Source: Acidobacteriota bacterium
GTDB taxonomy: Bacteria > Acidobacteriota > UBA6911 > RPQK01 > JAJDTT01
Length of the DNA: 64,000 nt
NCBI GenBank assembly: GCA_965263035.1
Contig: OZ253580.1
Coordinates: forward strand, 3,840,001 to 3,904,000
Reading direction: 5' to 3'
The position numbers were made by a program, and so were the translations under genes. The notes beneath the pieces were generated by a model. The model saw only the letters and a list, made by a program, of their open reading frames with translations, did no database searches and was not told the origin of the DNA. Shown here one piece after another: positions 28,889 through 38,803 of this stretch (the first letter of the stretch is position 1; the number at the start of each line of letters is the position of its first letter).

Positions 28889-31588
28889 TCAACTGCCCCC
28901 CTGATCCGTTCCGGGAAAGTACCGGTTGGCAAAGGATCGGATGTGACTGGGTGTGACGTTCCGGATGACCGAAACGTACTCCCGCGGCAACCGGGAGTCG
29001 GTGCTGGAAAAGGCTTTCAAGGCCAGTTGAAGGAGCAGGTTCTGCCGATCCTGGCGGAGAGCGTGATGGTGAGTGATGGCGCCCACGATGGCGCTCAGGA
29101 CGTCGTTCCTGGAGAACTGGACCTTGGGGAGGCTGGAGAGCAACGCCAACAACTCGCGGCGAGCCTCCTTCTCCCGCCCTTCGATGGACGACACCGAGGC
29201 GAACAGGGCGCCCCGGCTCAGTGTCGACTGAAAGTGGAGATCCGGGTCGGACAGCGCCGGGCTTCCCGCGGGCACCAGATCCCGGATCTGGGGGCTCAGG
29301 AGAAGGTGTTTCCACACGTCGGCGACGTAGGAGTCGCGGGTCCCATAGGAGGGTCCGGGCAGTCCCACCATCACCACGCCCTCTCGCTCCACGATGGCCG
29401 GTTCGGGATCGGACTGACTTGGCTCCTCCTCGATCTCCTCTTCCTCATCCTTGCGAACCGCCCAGCGGCGCTGATAGCGGCTGTTGGCCAGTTGGGAGAT
29501 GAAGTCATCCAGGAAGGAGGTCCCCTCGATATCTCCCAGGATGAAAATCCAGGGATGGACGCCCTGCATCCGAATCCGGAGCCATTCGTCGACGTTCTGC
29601 AGCTCCAGCCGTGAGACCGATTCCCACGTCCCGAGCCGGTCCAGTCCATACGGATGAGAGCCGTAAAGAAGTGAGCGGGTCCTGCGTAGGGGGCGGGAAC
29701 GGTCGTCATCCTGCCAGCTCCGGATCTCGGCAAGCAGTTGTTGCCGTTCCAGGTGCAGGGACTGCTTGTCCAGCGTCGACTCTCGGTACCAATTGATCAG
29801 GAATTCCAGAATCTGGGGAAGATGGCGGGAAAGTGCAGTGCAGCGGAGGCCGAAGAAGTCCAGTTCGTTGACCACTTGGATGTCGGTGCCCATGAGCTCC
29901 AGGTCGTACCAGCGGAGTTCCCCCTTTTCTTCCACGGCTTGGCGGAGTGTGCTGCGGACCATGAGCTCCGTGATCCCGGCGTTTCCAGCCGACTCCTGGA
30001 TCCGGCCACCCGGAAAGAACACGCCCAGGTGAACCAGAGGCGCAGTATGCTCTTCCTGGAAGTAGACCGAAGGTCCTCTCAGGATCGACGTGGATTTGAA
30101 CTCGGGCCGCGAGAACCGGGGCTGGAACCGAACCGGCGCGAAGTCATCGCCCCGCGCCGACTTCAGGGGAGAATCCTGCTGCCGGAGGGTTGCCGGCGGC
30201 ACCAGCAGGTCCAACATCTCCTGGAAGGATGACGCCGAGAAGGTTCGTTTCTCCGCGGTCGCCGGGTAGTATTCCAAGACCGACAACCGGTCGAGCTTCA
30301 GGTACTTGGAAGCGGCTTCCCGCACCCGGGCCGGGGTCATGGACTGGATCCGGCCGACGGCTTCCGGTCCCTGCCAGAAGCGGCCGGCCGCCTCCATCCT
30401 GGCCTGACGGACTGCCCGCCGCGGAAGACTGTTCTGGTCCCGGTAGAAGTCCTTCACCAAGAGAGCCTTGGCCCGGTTCAGCAGACCCGGGGTGATCCCC
30501 TGCTGTTTGATGTCCTCCACGACGGCCAGAGTTTCGACTTCCACTCGATCGATAGCGCCGGGGGAAGCCGCCAGGGAGACCCAGAAGAGTCCCGTCCCGG
30601 AATCGGCCTCGACCCGGGACTGCGACCAAACGGCCGTTCCTGGTTGGACCAGCCTCTGGTGGAGCAAGGAGCTCTTCCCTTGACCGAGAAGGTATGCCAG
30701 GAGCAGCAGGGCCTCGTGATCCGGGTGAGCGAGACCCGGAATACTGTAGCCCAGCAGCACGTGAGCCTGCTGCAGCTTGCCCGTCATGTGGTGGTAGGTC
30801 AGACGCGTCACGGAGGGACGCCAGGACTTGCTTTCGGGCTTTTTCGACCGCCGCCGGACTCGCTCCGTCCCCGCCGGCCGGCTGCCATAGATGCGGGCCA
30901 CGTGTTCCAGCACCTGGTTCCGCAGCACGGCGCCGGAGACGGACAGAATCAACCGGGACGGGTGATAGCGCTCCCGGTGCAGCCGGACCAATGCCGGGTG
31001 GAGATCCTCCGCGCGGGTCGCTGGCCCCACCCCGGGCAGAAGTCCCTCCAACAATCTGGCCCGGGACAACTCCCGCGGAGAGTGCTGGAGCATGCGGTCC
31101 TGCTCCTGCACCGCCGCCACGGCCCGTTCCAACTCCTGAGCCGTTGGAGCCGGTGGGTCCAGCAGGTGGGCATGAGCCTTCAGCGCGCCTTCCAGATGGG
31201 CGGCGGGAGCCGTAGAGACAAAAGACGGTCCCGTGAGTCCCGCTTCAGGTCTCAGCTTCAAGGCCGCCTCGAAACTGAGGGTCTTGAGCTTTTCGTTGTT
31301 CAAGAGAAGCTCGGACAGCAACGTCTCCCGGCGCCGGTCGTCCGGAGCCCCGGTGGCCCCGCGCAGATGCGTGACCACGGACGCCAGGGGAGCTGCGGGA
31401 TGTTCTTCGATCAGGAGAGTCAGGCCGTTCCTGAAGACGGCCCGAATCAGGTTCTGCCGGTCCTCCCGGTGAGTCAAGCTCCGCTCATACTCGGGCCGGG
31501 GGAGGTCCCGGCGTCCGGCCTGGCCTCTGGCCCCGGAAGCGTGCAGGCTCAGGACCAGAAACGAGAGTCCGAAAACCACCGTTCTCAT
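28889..31588 (-). CDS. Exported M16 (insulinase/pitrilysin) family protein, probably non-catalytic
   Basis: Signal peptide, NGLTLLIEEH, YHPSRLILSVSG, YGSHPYG, two-half M16 architecture; no HxxEH motif. Confidence 0.8.
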   Translation of the reverse strand: MRTVVFGLSFLVLSLHASGARGQAGRRDLPRPEYERSLTHREDRQNLIRAVFRNGLTLLIEEHPAAPLASVVTHLRGATGAPDDRRRETLLSELLLNNEKLKTLSFEAALKLRPEAGLTGPSFVSTAPAAHLEGALKAHAHLLDPPAPTAQELERAVAAVQEQDRMLQHSPRELSRARLLEGLLPGVGPATRAEDLHPALVRLHRERYHPSRLILSVSGAVLRNQVLEHVARIYGSRPAGTERVRRRSKKPESKSWRPSVTRLTYHHMTGKLQQAHVLLGYSIPGLAHPDHEALLLLAYLLGQGKSSLLHQRLVQPGTAVWSQSRVEADSGTGLFWVSLAASPGAIDRVEVETLAVVEDIKQQGITPGLLNRAKALLVKDFYRDQNSLPRRAVRQARMEAAGRFWQGPEAVGRIQSMTPARVREAASKYLKLDRLSVLEYYPATAEKRTFSASSFQEMLDLLVPPATLRQQDSPLKSARGDDFAPVRFQPRFSRPEFKSTSILRGPSVYFQEEHTAPLVHLGVFFPGGRIQESAGNAGITELMVRSTLRQAVEEKGELRWYDLELMGTDIQVVNELDFFGLRCTALSRHLPQILEFLINWYRESTLDKQSLHLERQQLLAEIRSWQDDDRSRPLRRTRSLLYGSHPYGLDRLGTWESVSRLELQNVDEWLRIRMQGVHPWIFILGDIEGTSFLDDFISQLANSRYQRRWAVRKDEEEEIEEEPSQSDPEPAIVEREGVVMVGLPGPSYGTRDSYVADVWKHLLLSPQIRDLVPAGSPALSDPDLHFQSTLSRGALFASVSSIEGREKEARRELLALLSSLPKVQFSRNDVLSAIVGAITHHHALRQDRQNLLLQLALKAFSSTDSRLPREYVSVIRNVTPSHIRSFANRYFPGTDQGGS

Positions 31589-31663
31589 GTTCAAATCGTA
31601 GCAATCGGGGGTTCCGAACTCAATTTGGATTTGGACCTGGGACTCGGGTATCGTAGAGTTGTG

Positions 31664-32260
31664 ATGAAGGCGAAAACACTGGACCAAGGGGACCTGATAG
31701 AGGGTCTCAAGAGCCTGGACACCAAGGTCATCGACTCCTTCGTGGATCAATTTTCCCGCCGCCTCTTCGGGGTCATTCTCAACTACACCAAGAACCCGTC
31801 CGACGCCGAAGAGATCCTCCAGGACACGCTGCTCAGGGTTATCCGCAAGATTGACACCTTCCGGCAGCAGAGCGATATCTGGCCCTGGATAAAGAGAATC
31901 GCCGTGAACAACAGCATCATGTGGCTCCGCAAGCACAAGCGACAGCGGGAGATCCAACTGGACGACTGGATGCCCCGTTTCCGGGAGGACGGCGAGCTGA
32001 CATACCCGATCTTCGGCTGGACCGGGGATCCGGAAGAGATTTTCCTGAATCGGGAGCTGTCGGCGCAACTCTACGAGGCCATACAGTCCCTGCCTTTCGC
32101 ATATCGGGCGCCGGTCGTGCTCCGGGATATCGACGGATATCCGATTCGGCAGATCGCTTCCCTGTTGGGCCTGAAGGAGGCCACCACCAAGACCAGGATT
32201 CATCGAGCTCGCCTCTTCTTGCGGGAGAAGCTGGCTCGCTACCATGACGGGAGGACATGA
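31664..32260 (+). CDS. ECF RNA polymerase sigma factor
   Basis: DAEEILQD, WIKRIAVN, LP..YR, IASLLG..TTKTRIHRAR. Confidence 0.93.
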   Translation: MKAKTLDQGDLIEGLKSLDTKVIDSFVDQFSRRLFGVILNYTKNPSDAEEILQDTLLRVIRKIDTFRQQSDIWPWIKRIAVNNSIMWLRKHKRQREIQLDDWMPRFREDGELTYPIFGWTGDPEEIFLNRELSAQLYEAIQSLPFAYRAPVVLRDIDGYPIRQIASLLGLKEATTKTRIHRARLFLREKLARYHDGRT

Positions 32261-32571
32261 AATTCAGAAATCGGCGCTCTGAACTGCTCACGTGCAAGGA
32301 GTGCATCCACCTGCTTCTGGACTACGCCGACGGCTCCATGGTCCCCGAGGTCCGGCTTAAACTGGACGAACACCTGTCTGCCTGCCCCCCCTGTCAGCAC
32401 TATCTCCGCAGTTACACTTCCTGTACGGAAATGGTCCAACAGCTACGAGACCAAGAGGCGCAAGTTCCCGCGGAACTCCAGGATCGACTCAAGTCGTTTC
32501 TGAGGGAACAGGTGAACCTGCCGTGGCCGCAGCCACGCCGCCGCCGGGCAAAGTGGTCCAAGAGAATCTGA
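32257..32571 (+). CDS. Zinc-finger (zf-HC2/ZAS) anti-sigma factor
   Basis: C..LLDYADG, HLSACPPC; ATGA overlap with the sigma gene. Confidence 0.9.
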   Translation: MKFRNRRSELLTCKECIHLLLDYADGSMVPEVRLKLDEHLSACPPCQHYLRSYTSCTEMVQQLRDQEAQVPAELQDRLKSFLREQVNLPWPQPRRRRAKWSKRI

Positions 32572-32588
32572 TCTAAGAGGCGGCGAGT

Positions 32589-33608
32589 TCAGAAGGAGAG
32601 GCTCTCCACCTCGCGGGCCAGCTTCGAGTCGACGTTGGCTCCGCTGGCAATGAGGCAGACGCTGTCCCAGGACCAGGGTTCGCCGGCTTTCGACTGCCGC
32701 CGGAGCTTCAGGGCCGCGGCGAGGGCGGCGGCGCCGGCGCCCTCGGGCAAGGTCCCCGTGACCTCATGGAAGAGGCGCATGGATCGTTTCAGCTCGGTTT
32801 CGGAGACCAGGACCATCCGGTCCACCACCTCCAGCATCAGTTCCACGGCTTCGGGGATGGCGACTCGGACCGCCATGCCGCCGGCGAAGGTTTCGGCTGT
32901 GGCGGTGTCCGTCGGCCTGCCGTTGGCGAAGGACAAGGCCATGCAGGGTGCCTCTGCCGACTGGACCCCAATGATCTGAACCGCCGGGTTCGCCGCCTTC
33001 AGACTGCTGGCGAGCCCTCCGATCAGAGCGCCGTTTCCGACCGGTACGAAAACCGCCTCCAAGTCGGGCTGTTGGGTGGCCAGCTCCAGCCCTATCGTCG
33101 AAGTTCCCTCGACGATTCGGGCCGACTTCCCATCCTCGATGAAACGATGACCCGGTTCGAAATCTCGTGCCAGCAACAGCTCCTTGCCTTCGTCCAGGTC
33201 ACCTCCCAGCAGTTCCAGATCGGCTCCGAACTCCCGGATCAGCGCCAACTTGCTCTCATCCGCCCCTACGGGGGCCACCACGGTCAGCGCCATCCCGTAC
33301 TGCCGGCAGGCATAGGCCATGGCCGCGCCGTGGTTCCCGGTCGAAACCGTGAACAGTCTGGATATTCCAGGATCGGAAACCAGATCGGCCACCAGGTTCA
33401 GGGCCCCACGGATCTTGAAGGATCGGACCGGACTCTCGTACTCATGCTTGACGTAGACTTTGGTCCCCAGGAGCCGGGACAGGTCATCCTCCAGGGTCAA
33501 ACGAGTCGGCGGCACCCACCGGCGGACCTCTTCCAATGCGGCCAGCGATCGCTCCGGCGACGGTCTCAGCCCGGCCACTTCAGCACCACCTCCGCGTTGA
33601 GTGTTCAC
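32589..33608 (-). CDS. PLP-dependent threonine/serine dehydratase family protein
   Basis: SFKIRGA, STGNHG, PVGNGALI, SGAN. Confidence 0.9.
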   Translation of the reverse strand: MNTQRGGGAEVAGLRPSPERSLAALEEVRRWVPPTRLTLEDDLSRLLGTKVYVKHEYESPVRSFKIRGALNLVADLVSDPGISRLFTVSTGNHGAAMAYACRQYGMALTVVAPVGADESKLALIREFGADLELLGGDLDEGKELLLARDFEPGHRFIEDGKSARIVEGTSTIGLELATQQPDLEAVFVPVGNGALIGGLASSLKAANPAVQIIGVQSAEAPCMALSFANGRPTDTATAETFAGGMAVRVAIPEAVELMLEVVDRMVLVSETELKRSMRLFHEVTGTLPEGAGAAALAAALKLRRQSKAGEPWSWDSVCLIASGANVDSKLAREVESLSF

Positions 33609-33858
33609 GTTGGTCTCGGCCGCGGTTCGCGGATCTGGCCAAATCGGTCAACGCCATCGAAACGAGGAAAAAATTCCGGTTCCAATCCATAGTCCCCTCC
33701 AGTTGCGAAGAGATCGAAGTCATCACGATGCGCCACCATGAAGAAAACCACATGTTTCATCCTCGTTCCAGGGCGTGGCATTGGACAACCTTCGAAGCCG
33801 ATAGTCAAAATGGTAGGGAGTAGTCACCAAAATGTTCCTGAAAGTGAGGAGGTGGGCG

Positions 33859-34512
33859 ATGAGACATCTTATCGGGATCGGCTTGACCGGGATTTTTCTT
33901 TCGGCGCTCCTGTTCGGTCCTGGCGCCTGGGCACAGTTGGCGAGCGACGACTCGGCCACGGGAGGCGTGGACTCGGCCACGGCGACGCTGGCTGGCGGAT
34001 GTTTCTGGTGCGTCGAGGCGGACCTGGAAAAGGTAGACGGCGTCAAGGAGGTGATCTCCGGCTACGCCGGCGGGGCTGAGGTGAATCCGACCTACAAGCA
34101 GGTCTCCGCCGGCAGGACCGGCCACGTCGAGGCGGTGCAGGCCATCTACGATCCCGCGCGCGTGACGTTCAGCCGGTTGCTGGAGGTGTTCTGGAAACAT
34201 GTCGATCCCACCGACGCCGGCGGCCAGTTCGTGGACCGGGGACCCCACTACCGGACGGTCATCTTCTACCAGGACCAGTTGCAACGGAAGCTGGCCGAGG
34301 AATCGAAGAAGCGACTGGAGGAATCCGGCGTGTTCGACGGGCCCATCGTGACCGAGATCCGGGAACTCAATCGATTCTACCGGGCCGAGGAGTATCATCA
34401 GGACTACTACAAGAAGAACTCCTTTCGTTACCGCTACTATCGTTGGAACTCGGGGCGGGATCAGTTCCTGGAACGGGTCTGGAAGGGACACCAGGCAAAA
34501 CTGTCCGAGTAG
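33859..34512 (+). CDS. msrA: Peptide-methionine (S)-S-oxide reductase, exported
   Basis: GGCFWC, SGYAGG, GHVEAV, AEEYHQDYY; signal peptide; GGAGG RBS. Confidence 0.95.
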   Translation: MRHLIGIGLTGIFLSALLFGPGAWAQLASDDSATGGVDSATATLAGGCFWCVEADLEKVDGVKEVISGYAGGAEVNPTYKQVSAGRTGHVEAVQAIYDPARVTFSRLLEVFWKHVDPTDAGGQFVDRGPHYRTVIFYQDQLQRKLAEESKKRLEESGVFDGPIVTEIRELNRFYRAEEYHQDYYKKNSFRYRYYRWNSGRDQFLERVWKGHQAKLSE

Positions 34513-34538
34513 GCGGATCGCCATTCTCCTTCCCTGAG

Positions 34539-35720
34539 ATGCGGTTCATCGACGGCATTCCGGTGTGGGGCGATCCCCAGGAGAACGCCGTTCTTCAGAT
34601 GAAGAATTGCGCCGGGGAGGCGGAGAGTTGCGCCCTGATGGCGGACCACCATCTGGGTTATGCCGTTCCCATCGGCGGAGTCGTCGCTTACCAGGGCCGC
34701 GTCAGCCCTTCGGGCGTCGGGTTCGACATCGCCTGCGGCAACAAGGCGGTCCGTCTCGACTGCGATCACGGGGACATCCGGAAGAACATCCCATCCATCA
34801 TGGATGAGATCTGGAAGTCCCTCTCCTTCGGTGTGGGCCGGGTCAACCGGAAGCCCGTCGACCACGACCTCTTCTACGACGATCCGGCCTGGAAGATTCC
34901 GGTGGCGGAGCGCCTGAAACCGGTCGCCAGAAAACAACTGGGCACCATCGGCAGCGGCAACCACTATGTCGACCTCTTCTCGGACGAGCAGGAGCGGATC
35001 TGGGCCGGAGTGCACTTCGGGTCCCGCGGTTTGGGCCACAAGCTGGCCACTTACTTCATCAAGGCCGGGGGCGGCAGGAACGGGATGCACGTGGACCCGG
35101 TGCTGCTGGACGTGGAGACCGAACTGGGGGCCGAATACGTGGCGTGCATGAAGCTGGCGGGCCGCTATGCCTACGCGGGACGGGATTGGGTCTGCGAAAC
35201 GGTCGCTGCCATTCTGGGAGCGGAGGTCCTGGAAGAAGTCCACAATCACCACAATTTCGCCTGGGAAGAAGAGCATGACGGCCGCCGGTTGTGGGTGGTG
35301 CGAAAGGGCGCCACGCCCGCCTTTCCCGGACAGAAAGGGTTCGTCGGGGGTTCCATGGGCGACCGCTCCGTGATCCTGGAAGGAGTCGACTCGAAAGAGA
35401 GCAAGAAAGCCCTCTATTCCACCGTCCACGGCGCCGGCCGGGTCATGTCCCGGACCCGTGCCGCCGGCAAGACCCGATTCAGGAAGGGGAAGCGGGTCCG
35501 CATCTCGGCGGGCGAAATCAGCCGGGACATGATGTTGGCTTGGATCCGCGGCATGGGAGTGGAGCTCCGCGGGGCCGGCCCCGACGAATCTCCCCACTGT
35601 TACAAACGGCTGCCCAATGTCCTGGAAGCGCACCGGGGCACCATCAGGATCCTGCACACGCTCGACCCCATCGGCGTGGCCATGGCCGCCGCGGGCGAGT
35701 TCGACCCCTACCGGGATTGA
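34539..35720 (+). CDS. rtcB: RtcB family RNA ligase
   Basis: ADHHLGY, VGFDIACG, LGTIGSGNHY, HFGSRG, NHHN, RKGAT, HGAGR, DESP..YK. Confidence 0.95.
   Translation: MRFIDGIPVWGDPQENAVLQMKNCAGEAESCALMADHHLGYAVPIGGVVAYQGRVSPSGVGFDIACGNKAVRLDCDHGDIRKNIPSIMDEIWKSLSFGVGRVNRKPVDHDLFYDDPAWKIPVAERLKPVARKQLGTIGSGNHYVDLFSDEQERIWAGVHFGSRGLGHKLATYFIKAGGGRNGMHVDPVLLDVETELGAEYVACMKLAGRYAYAGRDWVCETVAAILGAEVLEEVHNHHNFAWEEEHDGRRLWVVRKGATPAFPGQKGFVGGSMGDRSVILEGVDSKESKKALYSTVHGAGRVMSRTRAAGKTRFRKGKRVRISAGEISRDMMLAWIRGMGVELRGAGPDESPHCYKRLPNVLEAHRGTIRILHTLDPIGVAMAAAGEFDPYRD
35562..35720 (+). repeat. Left direct repeat (attL-like): last 159 bp of rtcB
   Basis: Matches 47945-48103 with 11 mismatches by manual alignment. 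Confidence 0.93.
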
Positions 35721-35869
35721 ATCGGCGGCTTCATCCGGGACGCCGTCTGCCGGACGTTCCGGTGGAACTCTCCCACCTTGTATTCTTCAGGCCGGGCCGC
35801 CATCGCCTACGCCCCATCCTGATCCGACGAGTTTCGAGACCGGCGTCGGACGACGTGTTACATTTGGGC

Positions 35870-36340
35870 ATGAAACACAGCGAGTTCATGAGCGTCATGT
35901 GGCGGGTGGCGGATCTGGTGCGGGACACCTTCAAGCGCGGTAATTACCTGAACGTCATCCTGGAGCTCACGGTTGTACTCCGTCGGCTCGAATGCGTGCT
36001 GGCTCGCACCAAGCCGAAGGTGTTGGCCGTCCACGCCAAGTACCGGGGCAGGATTGAGAACCTCCGGAGGCAGCTTCGGCGGGACTTGGTGTTCGGGTTC
36101 TACATCACGTCGCGCTACAACTTCGCGAAGCTCCTCGCCGACGCCCCCGAGATCGCTCAGAACCTGCGCCACTACATCGTCGGGTTCGGCGTTAACATGC
36201 GGGAGATGCCGGAGGAGTTCGACTTCGACGACACGGTCTTGAAGTTCGACGAGGCGGGTCTTCCGTTCCAAGTGGTGGAGTGGTTCGGCATTTCGAAGGT
36301 CTTGCCCCCTCCACTCCCGATCTCCAAGCCCACTTACTGA
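35870..36340 (+). pseudogene. hsdM: Degenerate N-terminal fragment of a second type I HsdM
   Basis: WRVADLVRDTFKRG.Y..VILELTVVLRRLECVLARTK resembles HsdM_N; ends before any methyltransferase motif. Confidence 0.75.
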
Positions 36341-36347
36341 TCCAGCC

Positions 36348-36728
36348 ATGCCCCTCCGAAAATCCCACCTCTACTCCTCGCTCTGGCAGAGTTGCGACCA
36401 ACTGCGCGGCGGCATGGACGCGTCCCAGTACAAGGACTACGTCCTCACGCTGCTGTTCATGAAGTACGTCTCGGACAAGTACGCGGGGAAAGACGATCCC
36501 TATGCCGACATCAACGTGCCGCCCGGGGGAAGCTTCGCCGACATGGTGGCGCTGAAGGGAACCAAGGATATCGGCGATGGGATCAACGTAGCCATCCGCA
36601 AACTCGCTGACGCCAACGGCTATCTGCTTAAGGGCGTGATCGATCAGACCGACTTCCTCGACGAGAGCAAGCTCGGCAAGGGCAAGGAGATGCAGGAGCG
36701 CCTATCGAAGCTCGTGGGGATCTTCTAG
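36348..36728 (+). pseudogene. hsdM: Type I RM HsdM, 5' part (interrupted by IS)
   Basis: LWQSCDQLRGGMDASQYKDYVL..LFMKYVSD; stops at the CTAG insertion site. Confidence 0.92.
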
Positions 36729-38799
36729 CCCGAGTTTACCGTATTGGAGATCAGGATAAAGATAAGTTGTTTTTTTGCAAAGAGATAGGGCAGGTGTCCC
36801 GTATGACCTACGGAGCCGCATCAAGGGGTCGGATGGCGTGTTTTTCGAGTCCCAGGACTTCGTACATCGTGCGCTGTTCGTCCGTCATCTGCGAGAGCGT
36901 CGTCCGGAGTTCGGGCTCGCCGCCCTCCTCCCGCGCTGGATACAGCACGTCGACTTCGCGGATCCCGCTGAGCGCGTCCAGCAGCGCGGGGATCGAATCC
37001 TGCACGCCGTGGCGGCTCAGTTCCCGCTGCAGCAGGCCGCACAGCAGCAGCGCCAGCACGCAGCAGAACACATGCACCGCGATCTTCTGGTCCGTCCAGT
37101 GGTATTGTGGCCGGATGGCGATGCAGTTGCTGTCCTTGAGCTGCCGGAAGGCGCTCTCGACATGATGTTGCGCGCGGTAGCCGCGCACCAGCTCGGCGTC
37201 GCTCCAGCCCGCCTGGTCGGTGAACAGCAGGGTCTTGCCCAGTAACGTGCGCTGAAGCTGCTCCCAGGCGCGCCGCTGGAAGCGATAATTCACCTTCGGC
37301 AAGCCGTCCACCTCACGCACCTGAACGGCGAACAGGTCCCGCATGTGCCGGGCCCGCAGCCAGCCGTCGACCTTCTTGCGCGTGCCGGCCAGGCTCGGCT
37401 TGCGTCCCCCCCGGATCTTGCCCTCGCGCCAGCGCCGCAACTGCCACTGCAGGGCGCGCAGGTGCTGGCGCCGCTTAGCGATCTCGCGCAGCAGCGTCCG
37501 ACATTGGGCGTCGAACAGCGCTTGGTTCCAAGTCACCAGCACCGTGCGCTGGACGCCGAACACTTTGGACTCGGTGCGGTAGGAGCGCACGCCGGCCAGC
37601 CCGTCGGCCTCCAGCGAGCGCATCTGGTCCGCAGGCACGGCCAGCAGGTGCGGATGCTGGGTGGGGACCAGCGAGCCGATGAAGTGGAACGGGCTGCGCT
37701 CGACCCAGTCCAAGTTCGGGCGCGAGTTGTTGCCCTTGTCGAAGACCAGGGTGACCGTCTCGGTCCCGGCGGCGATCTCCCGGTAGCGCCGGGCCAAGTC
37801 GGCGGCGAGGCTTTGGAACGTTGGCGCGTCGGGGCGGTTGCCGGGATAGGTGCGATGCAGCAGGGGCAGGCGGAAGTCGGCCGTGACCAGCAGGGCCACG
37901 CCGATGATGCGCAACGACCTGCGGCCCTCCTTGCTGTGACCGCGCTGAGCCAGTTGGGAGCGCTGGTTGAAGGAATTGATGTAGGTAAAGAAGTGGGTGG
38001 CGTCAAACAGCACTTGGCCCAGGTCGAGGCGGAACTCGCGGGTCATGGCGGCAACGATGTCGCGTTCAATGGCGGGTAGGGCGGGGACGGGGACGCGGTG
38101 CATATGGTCCCAGAAGCGCTGGCTGGTGAGCTGGTTGGAGCGCAGGGGGAGCAGGCGGCGCAGGGCGGTGGAGTCGAACCAACGGGCGAGGCTGGCCTTG
38201 GAGCCGGGGGCGAGGCAGCGGTTGAGGACGGCGGCGAGCAAGTAGGTGCCGACGGAGGGACCGGAGCCGCGCTTCGGGAGATGGCGGTCGATGTGCTCGA
38301 CCAACTGCAAGCGGCGGGCGAGGGTAAGCAGGGCGGCCGAGGCCCCGAATTCGCGCACGACCGCCTCGAGCGGCTGGGCGGGGGCGGGGGCGGCGCGGAG
38401 CTTCTCGATGATCTTGTCGGCGCGACCGAGATAGGTCTGGGAGACGATCTTGGGTTTGCCGTCGACGCGCTTGCAGACGCGGGCGTAGTAGTAGGGGCGG
38501 CCCCGGATGATCTTCTTGACGAGGCTGGCCATATATTTAGGTCATACAATAGCGTATGGATCCGACCGATGTCAAGCGAGTTATCCGTAAAAACTTCATT
38601 TATAGATGGAATAATAGTTCTGGAGAAGACCTGACAAATCCCACCATATATTAGGCCATACAAAAATCAATGGGACGAGAGCAAGGGCCTCGGCCGGGCT
38701 GGGTGATAAACCCTTCCTTATCAATAACTTGAATCTGAATCGTCGGTCTGCCCACGCGCTAGGGCAATGCTATGCTGGTGCGAACACGGTAAAGTCGAG
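36729..38799 (-). mobile_element. IS1634-family insertion sequence
   Basis: Imperfect TIRs CCCGAGTTTACCGT / ACGGTAAAGTCGAG; CTAG duplicated at 36725-36728 and 38800-38803. Confidence 0.9.
36808..38532 (-). CDS. IS1634-family DDE transposase
   Basis: RPYYYA..RVDGKPKIVSQTYLG, FDAT, FDKG, Y..QHHVESAFRQLK, RPQYHW. Confidence 0.92.
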   Translation of the reverse strand: MASLVKKIIRGRPYYYARVCKRVDGKPKIVSQTYLGRADKIIEKLRAAPAPAQPLEAVVREFGASAALLTLARRLQLVEHIDRHLPKRGSGPSVGTYLLAAVLNRCLAPGSKASLARWFDSTALRRLLPLRSNQLTSQRFWDHMHRVPVPALPAIERDIVAAMTREFRLDLGQVLFDATHFFTYINSFNQRSQLAQRGHSKEGRRSLRIIGVALLVTADFRLPLLHRTYPGNRPDAPTFQSLAADLARRYREIAAGTETVTLVFDKGNNSRPNLDWVERSPFHFIGSLVPTQHPHLLAVPADQMRSLEADGLAGVRSYRTESKVFGVQRTVLVTWNQALFDAQCRTLLREIAKRRQHLRALQWQLRRWREGKIRGGRKPSLAGTRKKVDGWLRARHMRDLFAVQVREVDGLPKVNYRFQRRAWEQLQRTLLGKTLLFTDQAGWSDAELVRGYRAQHHVESAFRQLKDSNCIAIRPQYHWTDQKIAVHVFCCVLALLLCGLLQRELSRHGVQDSIPALLDALSGIREVDVLYPAREEGGEPELRTTLSQMTDEQRTMYEVLGLEKHAIRPLDAAP

Positions 38800-38803
38800 C
38801 TAG

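Noticed and set aside
31589-32245. N-terminal extension making the M16 ORF 1118 aa, and the 538 aa version of the sigma ORF
   Set aside because: Each extension is the antisense of the other gene; the real starts are 31588 and 31664
35291-35869. Apparent 349 aa ORF spanning rtcB and the hsdM relic
   Set aside because: The 5' part is an alternate frame of rtcB; only the segment from 35870 resembles HsdM
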